Positions 39,472 to 51,710 of a DNA stretch of 64,000 nt are shown here, piece by piece. Positions within the stretch are counted from its first letter, which is position 1. Each line of letters opens with the position of its first letter. A model generated the notes under the pieces. That model searched no databases, had not been told where the DNA came from, and saw only the letters and a program-made list of their open reading frames with translations. The stretch covers positions 85,624,001-85,688,000 of the forward strand of contig NC_087437.1 of assembly GCF_036321535.1 (NCBI RefSeq), written 5' to 3'. Both the position numbers and the translations under genes were made by a program. The DNA is from Camelus dromedarius (taxonomy: Eukaryota).

Positions 39472-39932
39472 AATGCCTTAAAGCCTCTAGAAAAAGGCCT
39501 GCTTATATTGTAAAACTTCTTCACAGAAGCAACTCTTTCCCCTGTGTTTCTTGAGCAAAGGCTAACTCTGCTAAAGCCAAATTTTTCCTCTCCAGTCGTC
39601 ATACTGCTGAACTCAAGATCCACACAGACATAGACTGGCCCTGCCTTTCTTTAACTGGACACCTAGCTCACATTACAACCCTGACTACAACTCTAACCAC
39701 AAAGACCTTTACCTGTAGCTAGACTGGAGTTTATGTTTTCACTCTAGTTATTTGGACTACCAGCTTTTTCTGTAAATTATCTTGCCTATATAATAATATC
39801 ATTTTGGGCATTATAAACATGATTCAGAAGAGAGTTTCCAATATTTTAGAATTAGGCAGATATGAAACTACCAAATATTTAACAATATTTTACCAAAGGA
39901 GTTTGCTCTGAGAGTAATAAAAATACAAGTTC

Positions 39933-39955
39933 TTTTTTTTTTTTTTTTTTTTTTT
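39933..39955. repeat. Poly(T) tract, ~23 nt
   Basis: Directly visible homopolymer. Confidence 0.9.
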
Positions 39956-41341
39956 ACTATGCTATAGGATTAGAATGTTGCCAGTTGGCTAAATGGAAAG
40001 AACTTGAAGAAAAAGTTCCAAAAATTAGATCATAATTCATATATCTATTCTCTCCCTCAGATCTGAAATTTTGAAAGAAAGTTAATTGCAATCTCTCAGA
40101 TGTATCTTTGAAATGTTCTTACTATGTTTTTGTTGGTTCAGGTGGTGAATTTTAGATGATTTTAATTATAGTTGCATCTGAATTCTGCACTATTTAAAAC
40201 TATTTCTTTGAATTATTTTAGCCTCTTTTTTAAAAAAAAAGATAATTTTACCCAGAGTTTTCTCTCAAATCCTATGGTTGCTATTGTAAACCTGTGCTTT
40301 GCATTTATTTCTTTGAAATGAAATCTTGATTCCTTGTATTTTCTGAATTTAATCTTGGAGGATTTATCACTTTGCACCCAAAGAATATAAATAAAGAATT
40401 ACATTATTCCACTTCACTTGGTTTAAAGAGGTTTCAAGTCAAAATAACAATTAGGTGTGTCTCCATCCTTTCTCCAAACTGTCTCTAAAGCTATGTTTAC
40501 ATGAGGATGATACTTAACCAAAGGGATCATAGTTAAGCAAAAGTAATATATAATCCCCCCTTTTTCATAAAAACTAACTAAACATATATAAGACTTTTGA
40601 AGGATAAATGCAATTTGCCTCTCAATTCAAGTAAGGACAAACTGTTAGCAATCCGTTTTTTTGTGAACTACCTTTAAAACGCTTAAATATATTAAGTTGC
40701 ATAAAGTGCCTTTTGTTTGAAAGAGAATATAAGGTGGCTTTTTATACTTAAACATGCATACAGTGGAATAACAAAAAGATCTAAAAGATTTTTGGTTGAT
40801 TTCAAAGCTTCTGGTTATCTTGATGCCAACTGAAATCAACGGTCCTACCAGCCTTTGTAATTGAGCCATTGCATTTTGACTACTAAGTGGCTCTAACCTC
40901 TATTCTAAACTGCAAAGCTGAGATGTGTCCTAAATAAAGCCACAGAATTTCAGTTCAACAAAGGAATCTTCCTAGAGAACCAGATTTAGCCCAGGATGGT
41001 GTGACAGTGGTTGCCAAAAGGGATAGTTTATGGGAAGACTTACTACCTTTTCTGATGTTGTCTCCAGAGGAGTAATAGATCCTCATACATCTTCATGGTT
41101 TTGTATGCCCTTTAGTATTTCAGTGTACTTACCAAGAAGGCTTTAATTTACCTTCAGCTTGACTAAACTTTAGACAGTCTTCCTCCTGGCTCTGGGCCCC
41201 TGGCCTCCCTTTTCTTTGAGGACTGACTTTAGAAAACTTGTAACTGTAAATTCTCTATCCCTTTGAGATGTAAATATTTTTGAAAGCTTCTTGCCAGCAT
41301 CACAGCCCAGGAGTGTCTTTCTCAAGGACCTAGGAGCTGTC

Positions 41342-41406
41342 TTTTTATTTTATTTAAATTTTTATTTTAAAATTTTATTTTATTGAGTTATAGTCAGTTT
41401 CAATGT
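41342..41406 (-). mobile_element. Extremely 5'-truncated young L1 tail (~25 bp plus A-rich tail)
   Basis: Reverse complement acattgaaactgactataactcaataaaataaaa... matches the L1 termini at ~3307-3330 and ~15214-15240. Confidence 0.8.
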
Positions 41407-41704
41407 AACCGTGAAGGACGATAGTGCTGTATCTTGCAGTTTCTGTGGGAGGGTAGTAGCCAAACTTCAGATAGCAAATGCAGATGGCCTAATCACAGAA
41501 AAAAAATCATTTCCAAACTCAGGAATAACTCAAGGTGCTGGAAATACCCTATTGATCAACTTCCTCCCTAACCTCCTCCTCTTCAAACAGCTCATTCCAG
41601 CACTCTGTTTCAGCAGAGCTGAATTCAGACTCAGTTACAACCTTTCTTTCCCTTTGCAGTGGCCTTGAATAATCTCTTCCTGGCCTGTTTCAGTTTGTCC
41701 AGTT

Positions 41705-41800
41705 CAGACAGTCTCCAACTTGTGAAGATCCCCTTACCACATTCAGCTTATGATGGGTTTATCAGGATCTAACCGCATTGTAAGTCAAGGGTAATCCATA
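41705..41800. mobile_element. Short Tigger5/MER47-like DNA transposon fragment
   Basis: cagacagtctccaactt...cagcttatgatgggtttatcaggatctaaccgcattgtaagtcaagg. Confidence 0.6.
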
Positions 41801-43954
41801 CCATTTTTACTTTGATGGTGCCAGAAACTTCTGTTTAATGTGCGCAGTTTCCTGCATTACAAACCTTTTGTGAGCACCATTTGTGGGGGAGGATTAACAA
41901 AGTTTTTTAGTTCTCATTCTGACAAAGATACACCTCAAGAGGAATAGAATACAAGACATTTCTTCTATTTTAATAGTGCCTTGAATGCCTACCAGTGATT
42001 TCACTTATTTCCAGACAACTATCCCAAGGTTTCCATTGAAATCAAAACCCCCTCAACACCTCTGTGTGCAGCCTCAGAACTGAGTGAAGCTACAGATCTG
42101 TGCCCGGCCTGAGTCTAAGGGACTATCACGTTTAAAGTATAGATTAACTGAAATTTTTACTGAAAGCTCAGAGTTGGCCTTAGTACCAAAAAGTCTGAGG
42201 TTACCTCAGCGCTAAGAGGTGAGTTACAAAATATTCTCATTGGAAAAATTAAATAAAGAACATAAATAAGAAGATTCTAACATTTCTTTGGGGACAGTTT
42301 ATTGATTCCTTTCTGTTACTAAATTTACTCTCAGGTGAAATACACTTCCTGTGCTTGTAAATGAAACAATTTAGAAAAATTGTTAATTTTTTAATCAAGG
42401 AATGGTAGCTGTTGGCTCTGAGTATTTTTAATCAGCCCTAATAATATTTAATTAGCAGAAAGTTTGGGTCAAGTGGAAAATTCAAAATAGAGATTGAATA
42501 TGAAATGATTCATAGGCAAAGACTAAGGGGAACAAAATGGGGGAGGAGTGGATGGGAGGAATGAGTGAGAAGTAAGAATAATTAGGAAAGCAAAATCACT
42601 GTGACGAAGACCCTGATGGCTGGTTTTTTTGGCTCCTTTCAAAATCTCTGAAGATTTTATCTTTTCTCCAACTCTTCAAAAAATCTTTTTCATCCAGAAT
42701 CCTTATATTTTATTGCAGTGACCTAAGGAGCTAGTTACCAAAACCCTTCTGCTGAAAACACCTAGCCTGAACTGTTTGATCAGTACAAATATGCTTGTGT
42801 ATTTGCTCTCTCACCTGGTTTCATAACTAAGGAAGTAGACAAATAATACCAGGTGTGAAAAAGACATGCTGGGGCAAATAAAAGGGAATGCCAGTCATAC
42901 TGAAATCAGAGCCATGGTCTCAGCTCCTGTTTTATTTTATCTTAAATGTCCTTTGCTTCTGTTAAAATGTTGGAGCTTATTATAAAATAGTTACTTTACT
43001 CGTGAATTTATACAAGAAATTTAAAGACATATTTTACAATTGAAAAAAGTATAATTTTTTTTACTATCCCCAACAAGACTGGATATTTTAAAATAAGGAA
43101 TATGACTACTTTCAATGTCTTGTCACAAATACAAACATTGAAATGTTTTTCTTTCCCCTCCAATCATCACCCAGTACCACTGTCATGTCGAGAATAAATT
43201 TTAATAAATGTAACCTTTATAGAAAATACAGCAAATAACTATTCATACCTAACATTTATAATTTCAAATTATAGATTGTTATCTGGAAGAAAAACCATAG
43301 TTGACATTATAGTATGGAGATGAGTCAGTTTCAGGAAATGAAATGACATGTCACGGATTACATTTAATTTAAAAGCAAACATCTTTAACACTTGCTTGCT
43401 CAGAGTGTTATGAACATCTTAGTACTGATTCTTCACTTTCTTAGATTAATTAGCAGTAGATGTAGTGAAATTTGAAGGCCCACAAGAATATATTCCAAAG
43501 GAACTTTCTTAATCAATTTTGCACCTCATAACTTCTGCTGAAATGTGAATTATTTTATTAAATCAACTCTTATCACCTTAGCAGTTCTTTGAGTGACTAA
43601 AGACAATAAAAGGCTTTAAGCAAGGCATACATTTCCATCATGAGGCAGACTAAAAAAGATACGTAGCCTAAGAATTTAATTCGAGTAATTTCAGAAATGA
43701 GTTCGTGTCTAATAATTTTTTGGACTGAGACCAATTCCCCTAAGCAGGAGAAGTAGCTGCTACCAATGCAGGTTTCAAGAGAGTAAGTTAAATACAGAAA
43801 TGTTTAGCTCTTTTAACACCACTCTGGTGACTTTCTGCACAAAGATTACAAACCAACCATGTTACTATGTTAATTAATTGATAACATTTGACTTCATTGA
43901 ATTATCACTATTGGCCTAGAAATTGGGAAAACAAACAAACAAACAAACCCTAGC

Positions 43955-44060
43955 ACTAGGCCCAGCTCTGCATGTAAGTAAACGTGAAACCTTGGAAGAG
44001 TCATCTAGTCTTTCTAGGTTTCAGTTTCCTTCTCTGCAAAACAAGGGCCACGATTGTTGA
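43955..44060 (+). mobile_element. MIR SINE fragment
   Basis: cccagctctgc...gtgaaaccttggaagagtcatctagtctttctaggtttcagtttccttctctgcaaaacaaggg. Confidence 0.6.
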
Positions 44061-44557
44061 TCATTAGTACTTTTTCGTATTTAACATGCAAGTGGAATTT
44101 AAGAATATTATCTTTACTAAAACGCTAAAAAAAAAATCTGAGGAGATATTGATGACAACTAATCACATTTAACAAAAGCCTTAATTAATGAAATCATTCA
44201 TAATTCATACTTGCTGTGAACCATAAGCCTAAAGTTTAATATAAGACTGGAAAATAAAAAGTCTATTGAGCTTTTTAAAAAATAATCCTTTTTATAATAA
44301 CATTTTAATATTTAATATTTTAAGGAAAAAACCCACAAAACTTCTAACTAGTGTCATAGATACATATACATTGGCACAGTTCAAAATTTCCAGACACTAA
44401 AATCACCAGTCTGAATTTTTACCTTCATCAAAGTGGGCAATGAATGAATTTTAGTTATTTTCTCCTTATTTTCACTGTTAGAGTCAGCCATATAGACCTA
44501 TGCAGAAGACCACCTTAACTTAGATATGAGACACTCACTGATAAAGAATTGCAGGTG

Positions 44558-45044
44558 TGAATCAAAGCAAACATTGCACTGGAATAAGTCAAACAGGCAA
44601 GGAAGGCTTTATTCAAGGCTACTGCAGTAGGGCATGGAGGCCAGAACTTAGTCTGAGCTCAACTCCACTGAAACAAAGGCTAGATTGTTTCAAGAGCTGG
44701 AGCAGGGAGATCAGAAGCCATCTGTGCTTTTAGTTGGTAACATTAGTATACATTCTCTGGTCTTCCTGACAGAGGATAGTTTTACAATTTGGAGCAAGAT
44801 ACAGTAGTGTTACCTTGCTTGATTACTGTATTTCAAAGAGATAGCTCTCAGGTCCTTGAGAAACACATTCCTGGACTATAAAACCGGTAAGTGTTTTAAA
44901 CATTTTACATCTCAAAGGAATAGAGAAAGAATTTGCAAGTTTTTTAAAGTAAACACTCTTTTGGTGGTCAGGGGCTAAGAGTTAGAAAAAAGCCTGTCTA
45001 TAATTTAGTCAGACTGAGGGTAATGTTAAAGCCATCTTGGTTGG
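44558..45044 (-). mobile_element. ERV1 (MER4-group, MER67-like) solo LTR
   Basis: Reverse complement begins aaccaagatggctttaacattaccctcagtctgactaaattatagacaggc, homologous to 41130 onward; tttatt polyA signal on the minus strand at ~44608. Confidence 0.75.
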
Positions 45045-45384
45045 GTGACTGATTTGGCAGAAAAATTAAAACTTAGGATCTATTAAGCTAGAGCACCAGG
45101 TTCTTACAATATTTTCTTACCTATATTTTCTGAAAATAGGATTTGATTCATGAGTCATCAATAATTGTTTTTAAATGAGCATAGCTGCATTTGTACCTCA
45201 TCTTGTATTTTTAATGCATCCACTTTCATTATGTGTACACTTTTATTTTTCTCTTTTCTTGTAATAGCTAAGGAGGATTAAATCAGTTAGAAACATCAAC
45301 CCTATTAGTTTATAAATGAGAGTGATGAGATAAAAGAAGCCAGCCCACTGGCTTAAGCCACACATTCCTAACAGAATCAGACTG

Positions 45385-45600
45385 TAGTTGACCTTTGAAC
45401 AATACAGGGGTTAGAAGTACTGACTCTCCACACAGTCAAATATTCACGTATAACCTCACAGTCAGCCTCTACACCTGTGGTTCCACAACCTAGGATTCAA
45501 CCAACTGCTGATCGTGTAGTATTGTAGTATGCATGTAGTGAGAAATTTGTGTATAAGAGGACCTGTGTGCGTCAAACCCATGTTTTTTAAGGGTCAACTG
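45385..45600. mobile_element. Tigger2-derived MITE (MER8-like)
   Basis: TIRs tagttgacctttgaacaatacaggg ... cccatgttttttaagggtcaactg. Confidence 0.8.
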
Positions 45601-48249
45601 TGTAAATCAGTACTCATCTCTCATGAGTATTTAGGGTTCCCCAATGTGGCCCATTGCTTATAGTCTTGTGTGATTGTGTGATGTGTATAAGCAAAGGATG
45701 CAAATAATATCTATTTCTAATTGATGACAAAAGAATTTTTTTCCAAGAAATATGACAACAGAAAAAGCCAGAATGCCTTCATATAACTATTTATTTTGTG
45801 AAGGAAAAAACAATTTTTTGTCTTACTTTTCAAGGTAGTGCAGTAACTGTAAGAGAAAAATACATTTTTTTAAGATACGAAACAATAATTTATTTTTAAA
45901 CATTATCCTTTGTCACTAACATGATGGGAAAATACTATTACATGTTTGATTGAAAAGAAAAGGCCCGTGTTCATCTAGCTGATCAATGACAGCTCGTTTC
46001 TTTACTTTGAAGGCATATTTTGTTTTGTTCTTTTCTACTTGAAAACCTAGGATCACCAGCAGAGAGCTTGATTTTAGCTTACCTGTAAAATATTTGAAAT
46101 TTCTTTTAAAAAATTAATTTGCTTTGATCAGTTAAATATTTTGCATCATTAAACTGCTCTGCTGCCAAATCCTTTCTTGTCCTGTTAATGTTCTCAGTAT
46201 TAGGGATGGCTGAGCAAAGAAATAATGATGAAGTTATATATGACTAGAGGTAGAAAGGAAAGGCAGATAGGAGCACCTTCATATTCTACTTAATAACAGG
46301 ACTGTAAATTTTAGACTGCCCTCCAGAGGCATGCTGGTTGTGCTAGAGAAGATCTGTCAACATAATAGACAGAAGTTCTATAAACTTCCTGGTCACTGGC
46401 AGTTTAACTTATGCCAGGTTTGAAAATCTCTAGCTCCAGCGACAGCTCCATCTCTCTTTGGAGAGAAATCACAGTTGTGAAATGTGAACAAACAACTGAC
46501 AACATAAAATTCATTTTACTTGCACTTGAAATAGTATATTTATGGGTAATGTAAGTGCTATGAACTTTCGATCTACCAAAAGTGGAACTACCAAACAATA
46601 GAAAAATGAAAACCAAATCATTTTATTTTAGGAAAAAAATTCACTGGAAGTGGAATATTTTCTTCAGATTTTTTTTTTCCAGTAAAGCTTGAAGTGTTAT
46701 ATCCTTTCCAGAAAGTTTCTAAAATGAAAGCAATGTTTTTGATATTACAATTCAGACATAATTACATAAGCTTTCTGAATCTTATTTAACTTAGTATGAA
46801 GGCATCTAGGTACAAAAAATATTTACTTGACATGTAAGCCTGTCCTTCACTGGATATACTGAGAAACCAATTTATAATATAATGTGGAGGATATAGTATC
46901 ATATTTATAAAAATGAGTAGTTTGGATGCTCTCCTACATATTTTCCAATGTATGAAAAAATTCAGTTTTAGATAACAAAAATCAAGGTCAATTGGCATTA
47001 ACTTGTGAGGCAGGCAGCCTGAGCTGATTCCCTGCTGATAACCATTGTTCCAAGTAACAGCAGTATTTTGGGAAGGGCAGCCTGCATATTGTGTCTGCAT
47101 CAACTGAAACAACATATGATAGTTTGTCAATAGGGGTCAATAGGAAAGCTAAATGAGATGGAAGGATCCCAACACTTACATGGTTGATTCAAACAAAATG
47201 AAGAAATCACCTTTGTTTCTAAAAAATAAAACAGGAGAAGGCAAGAGAATGCTTATCTAAATGACCCAGCTTGCCATCGCATTCTTCTAAAATCACTGGC
47301 TGCTTTGTTCAACATTCTCACTGGTCTATATCTTTGTGCATCTGGGGGGAATTTTTTATGCTAACTTTTTTATTTGATACAATAATAGTGCATTTATTTT
47401 TGGACTTATAATCAACATTGGACATAACTAACATTGAAATGTTTCCCAAAACAGTCTATACTAGATTATGTAATACTCATTTTTACTGAATAGAAAGAAA
47501 TAAAAAATATAATAACCATTTCACTAGCTTGTGAAAGTTAAGTCTGAAATAATACTTACAAGCTGAAGCATCTAACCAATTTTCATGGTGACATTTAGAT
47601 TTTATGATTTTGTTTATTCCAAAATTTTTGTTTAAAATTAGATAATATAGAAAATTATAACATAATCATTATATATTTATCATATAATTTTTATTATTAT
47701 AAAAATATATTCATATTTACTCAAGAAACAAAGATCATTTCTCTTCTCCTTACCCCCAAATAAGAACAGTCCTCAAGAAACTGCCTGCTATCACCCATGT
47801 GAAAACTTGTGTACTTTGTGATAAAAGTCCTCTAAAAGACTGTTCATCCTGTCAGCAAGTTATAAACTACTTCAGAGAAGCACATATATAGAAAAGGAAA
47901 AGGAAGCAAATAAGACAGACTTATAGATTTTGTAAATAATACTTTTCATAAACTATGTCATATATTTTATTTAACTGTGACATCTATATTCTGATATGAC
48001 TTGGAGAAACTCTTAATAAAGGGGATCAGATTTTGTATGAATAGGTTCTAAAATTTTCATTAAGTTTTTGATAATTTTATGTTATTGATAATGCTTCAAA
48101 TTTACAAAAACTTTTTTCACAAAATTGTACAAACTTCCTAAAATAATCATGTTTTAAATATATATTTTATTTACCCAAACTTAATTATTTAGTTAATTTC
48201 TATTATCTTCTAAAATTTCTGCTAATTTTTGAGACTAATAAGAAAGAAT

Positions 48250-48960
48250 AAGCAGAGTTGGGATGATGCAGGTCATGACTGGCATAACCATTGTTGAGAG
48301 GCAACAGAAGAGAAAATCAGTAATATATACAATTGTATTGGTTGGATCATAGAAAGGAGTTGGCTAGAAGAAGTAAAGCATGTCAGGAGGGGTTGAGAGA
48401 AGATACTGCTGAAGGGGCTCTCTCATAAGCCGTGTCAGAGTGGACCTCATCTTAAAAGCAATAGGAAACCACCGAAGTGTTAAGCAGGTGAGATAAGCGA
48501 GCACATTTTCTCTCAAGAAAAATCATCCTGGCTACAACATAGAGAATGAGTTTATGGAACAAAAAGAAAAGGGTGGAGGCTTCTTTAACTCAGGAGAGAT
48601 ATGATAATTGTCTGATAACAGTAGCCTGAAAGTAGACATGAAAGACGTGTATGTAGAAAACAGCATAAATGATATCTAGTGAGAGATTATGTGTAAGGGT
48701 TAAGAAAAGACAAAGTCAACATTATGTCAATATTTTATCTTGCACTAGGATATGAAAATTCAGAAATGGGTTCTGATTTGAAGGAGAGATGATAACATCA
48801 GAAGGGGACCTATTGTAATCCCAGTAGGCCCCTTGAACTATGCAATTAGACATGGATTAAAATCACAAAAAAGAATGGAAATAAAGGTTCTGAAACAAAC
48901 ACCATATAGTTACTAAAAAAATAAATAAATGATCAGGAAATTATATGGGGAAAAAGTGAC
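48250..48960 (-). mobile_element. LINE-2 fragment
   Basis: Purine-rich antisense L2 text (gacctcatcttaaaagcaataggaaaccaccgaagtgttaagcagg...aatcatcctggcta). Confidence 0.6.
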
Positions 48961-48963
48961 AAA

Positions 48964-49418
48964 TTGTAATGTTTCCCCTTTCATTTCTGAGTTTAGTTAT
49001 TTGAGTCTTTTTTTTTTCCCTTAGTTGTCTAGTTAAGAAATGACAATATTGTTGATCTTTTATAATAACCAACTCTTAGTTTCATGAGTTTTTTCCCTAT
49101 TGTTTTTGTAGTCTCTATTTCCTTTATTTCTGTTCTAATCTCTATTATTTCCTTCCTTTTGCTAACTCTGGGCTTAGTTTTTTCTTCTTCAGTTTCCTTC
49201 AGATGTAAAGTTAGGTTGATTTGAGACTTTTCTTGTTTTTTAACATATTATGATATTCTGTTGTCTATATATTAACCTTTACTTTCACACGCTTTCAATA
49301 TCTACCATCCCTCCATTTCAACTTTCAGGACTTCCATTAGCGTATTTTATAAGGTAAGCCAGATGGTGATGAACTCTCTCAGCTTTTGTTTATCTGAGAA
49401 AGTCTTTAGTTCTCTTTA
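48964..49418 (-). mobile_element. Old L1M fragment (ORF2 5' part and ORF1 end)
   Basis: ttgtaatgtttcccctttcatttctg...gatggtgatgaactctctcagcttttgtttatctgagaaagtcttt; appears to continue at 51711. Confidence 0.8.
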
Positions 49419-50312
49419 ATTTTTTCTACTTTTAATTGTAGTAATATGCATAAAACATTAAAAGTATTATCTTTACCAGTTTTAAGTGTACAGTTCAGTG
49501 GCATTAAGTAATTAATATTGTTGTGTAACCATCTCCAGAATTCTTTTCCTCTTGCAAAGTGGAAACTCTATGTTCATTAAACAAAAACTATTCATTCCCT
49601 CTTTCCTCCAGCCCCTGGTAACCACCATTCTACTTTCTGTCTCTATGATTTTCACTACTCTAAGTACCTTATATAAGTGGAATTGTGGCTATTTGGTCTT
49701 TGGCAATGTGCTTATTTCACTTAATATAGTATTCTTAGGGTTCATGTTGTAGCATATGTCAGAATTGCTTTCCTTTTTAAGGCTCAGTAATATTCCATAG
49801 TATGTATATATCACATTTTGCTTATCAATTCATCTGTCATTGACACTTAGATTTCTTTTACTCTTTAAGTACTATGAATAATGCTACTATGAACATGAGT
49901 GTACAAATACTTCTTCTAGACCAGTCTTTGAATTATTTTGAGTATATTCCCAGAAGTAGAATTGCTGGATTATGTGGAAACTCCTTTTTATTAATTTTTT
50001 GAGGAATCATTATATTGTTTCCACAGTAGCTGTACCATTTTATATTTGCTGCCAACATTGCACAAGGATTCCAATTTCTCCACATTCTCACCAAACTTTT
50101 TTATTTTCTCCTTGTTTAATAGTAGCCATTCTAATGAGTGTGAAGTGGTATATCATAGTAGTTTTGATTTTCATTTCACTAATAGTGAGTGATATTGAGT
50201 ATCTATTTATGTGCTTATTGGATATTTATATATTTTCTTTGAAGAAATGTCTATTCAAGTCCTTTGCCTGTTTTTGAATCGAGTTTTTTGTTGTTAAGTT
50301 TTAGTAGTTCTC
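49419..50312 (-). mobile_element. L1MA/L1MB-type 3' end nested in older L1
   Basis: tttaagtgtacagttcagtggcattaagta...ccagcccctggtaaccaccattctactttctgtctctatg...gaagaaatgtctattcaagtcctttgcc. Confidence 0.88.
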
Positions 50313-51710
50313 CATACAATGGAGTAAAGAGAGTCTTCAGCAAATGGTGTTGGGGAAACTGGACAGCAGCATGTAAATCAATGAAGTTAGTGTACCCCCT
50401 CACACTATACACAAAAATAAACTCAAAATGGCTTAAAGACTTAAACATAAAACAAGACACAATAAAAATTCTAGAAGAAAACATAGGCAAAACATTCTCT
50501 GACATAAATCTCAGCAATGTTCTCCTAGGGCAGTATACCCAAGCAATAGAAATAAAAGTAAAAATAAACAAACGGAACCTAATTAAACTAATAAGCTTTT
50601 GCACAGCAAAGGAAACCATAAGCAAAACAAAAAACAACATATGGAATGGGAGGAAATATTTGCAAAAGATGAGACTGACAAGAGCTTAATTCCAGAATAT
50701 ATAAATAGCTCATACAACTTAATAATAATAAAAAAAAAACCCAATCCAAAAATGGGCAGAAGACCTAAACAAGCAATTCTCCAATGAAGACATACAAATG
50801 GTGAATAAGCACTTGAAAAAATGCTCAATATTGCTAATTATCAGAGAAATTCAAATCAAAACTACAATGAGGTATCACCTCACACCAGTCAGAATGGCCA
50901 TCATACAAAAATCCACAAACAATTAATGCTGGAGAGGTTGTAGAGAAAAGGGAACCCTCCTGCACTATTGGTGGGAATGCAATTTGGTGCAGCCATTATG
51001 GAAAACAGTATGGAGATTCCTCAAAAGACTAAAAATAGACTTACCATATGATCCAGCAATCCCACTCCTGGGCAAATTCATCCATAAGGAACTCTAATTC
51101 AAAAAGATACACGCACCCCAATGTTCACTGCAGCACTACTTACAACCTATATGAAAGCCAAGACATGGAAGCAACCTAAATGTCCATTGACAGATGACTA
51201 GAAGTTGTGGTATATTTATGCAATGGAATACTACTCAGCCATGAAAAATAATAAAATAATGCCATTTGGAGAAACATGGATGGACTTGGAGATTGTCATT
51301 CTAAGTGAAGTAAGCCAGAAAAAGAAAGAAAAATATCATATGATATCATTTAAATGTGGAATCTAAAAAGAAGGCATATTAACTTATTTACAGAACAGAA
51401 ACAGACTCTCAGACATAGGAAACAAACTTATAGTTACCAGGGGAAAGTGGTGGGAAGGGATAAATTGGAGTTTGAGATTTGCAGATACTAACTAATATAT
51501 ATATAATAGATAAACAACAGGTTTCTCCTGCACAGCACAGGGAACTATATTCAATATCTCATAATAACCTATAATGAAAAAGAATGTAAAAATGAGAATA
51601 TCTGTACATTCATGTATGAATGAAGTATTATGCTGTATACCAGAAATTGACACAACATTATAAACTGACTATACTTCAATAAAAAAAATAATAGTAGTAA
51701 TAATAATAAT
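50313..51710 (+). mobile_element. 5'-truncated lineage-specific LINE-1 (ORF2 3' part with frameshifts, 3'UTR, A/(TAA)n tail)
   Basis: ORF 50264-50689 contains FSKWCWGNWTAACKSMKL...YTKINSKWLKDLNIK. Its 3'UTR is homologous to the copies at 2420 and 13391. Confidence 0.95.

Larger units (their letters stand above)
41130..41817 (+). mobile_element. ERV1 (MER4-group, MER67-like) solo LTR carrying two nested insertions
   Basis: taccttcagcttgactaaactttagacag...ctcaaggacctaggagc...gtgggagggtagtagcccaaacttc...; homologous to the reverse complement of 44558-45044. Confidence 0.75.

Noticed and set aside
49419..50400. Head-to-head L1 pieces as a twin-priming 5' inversion
   Set aside because: The inverted part carries a different, older 3'UTR, so it is a separate insertion.
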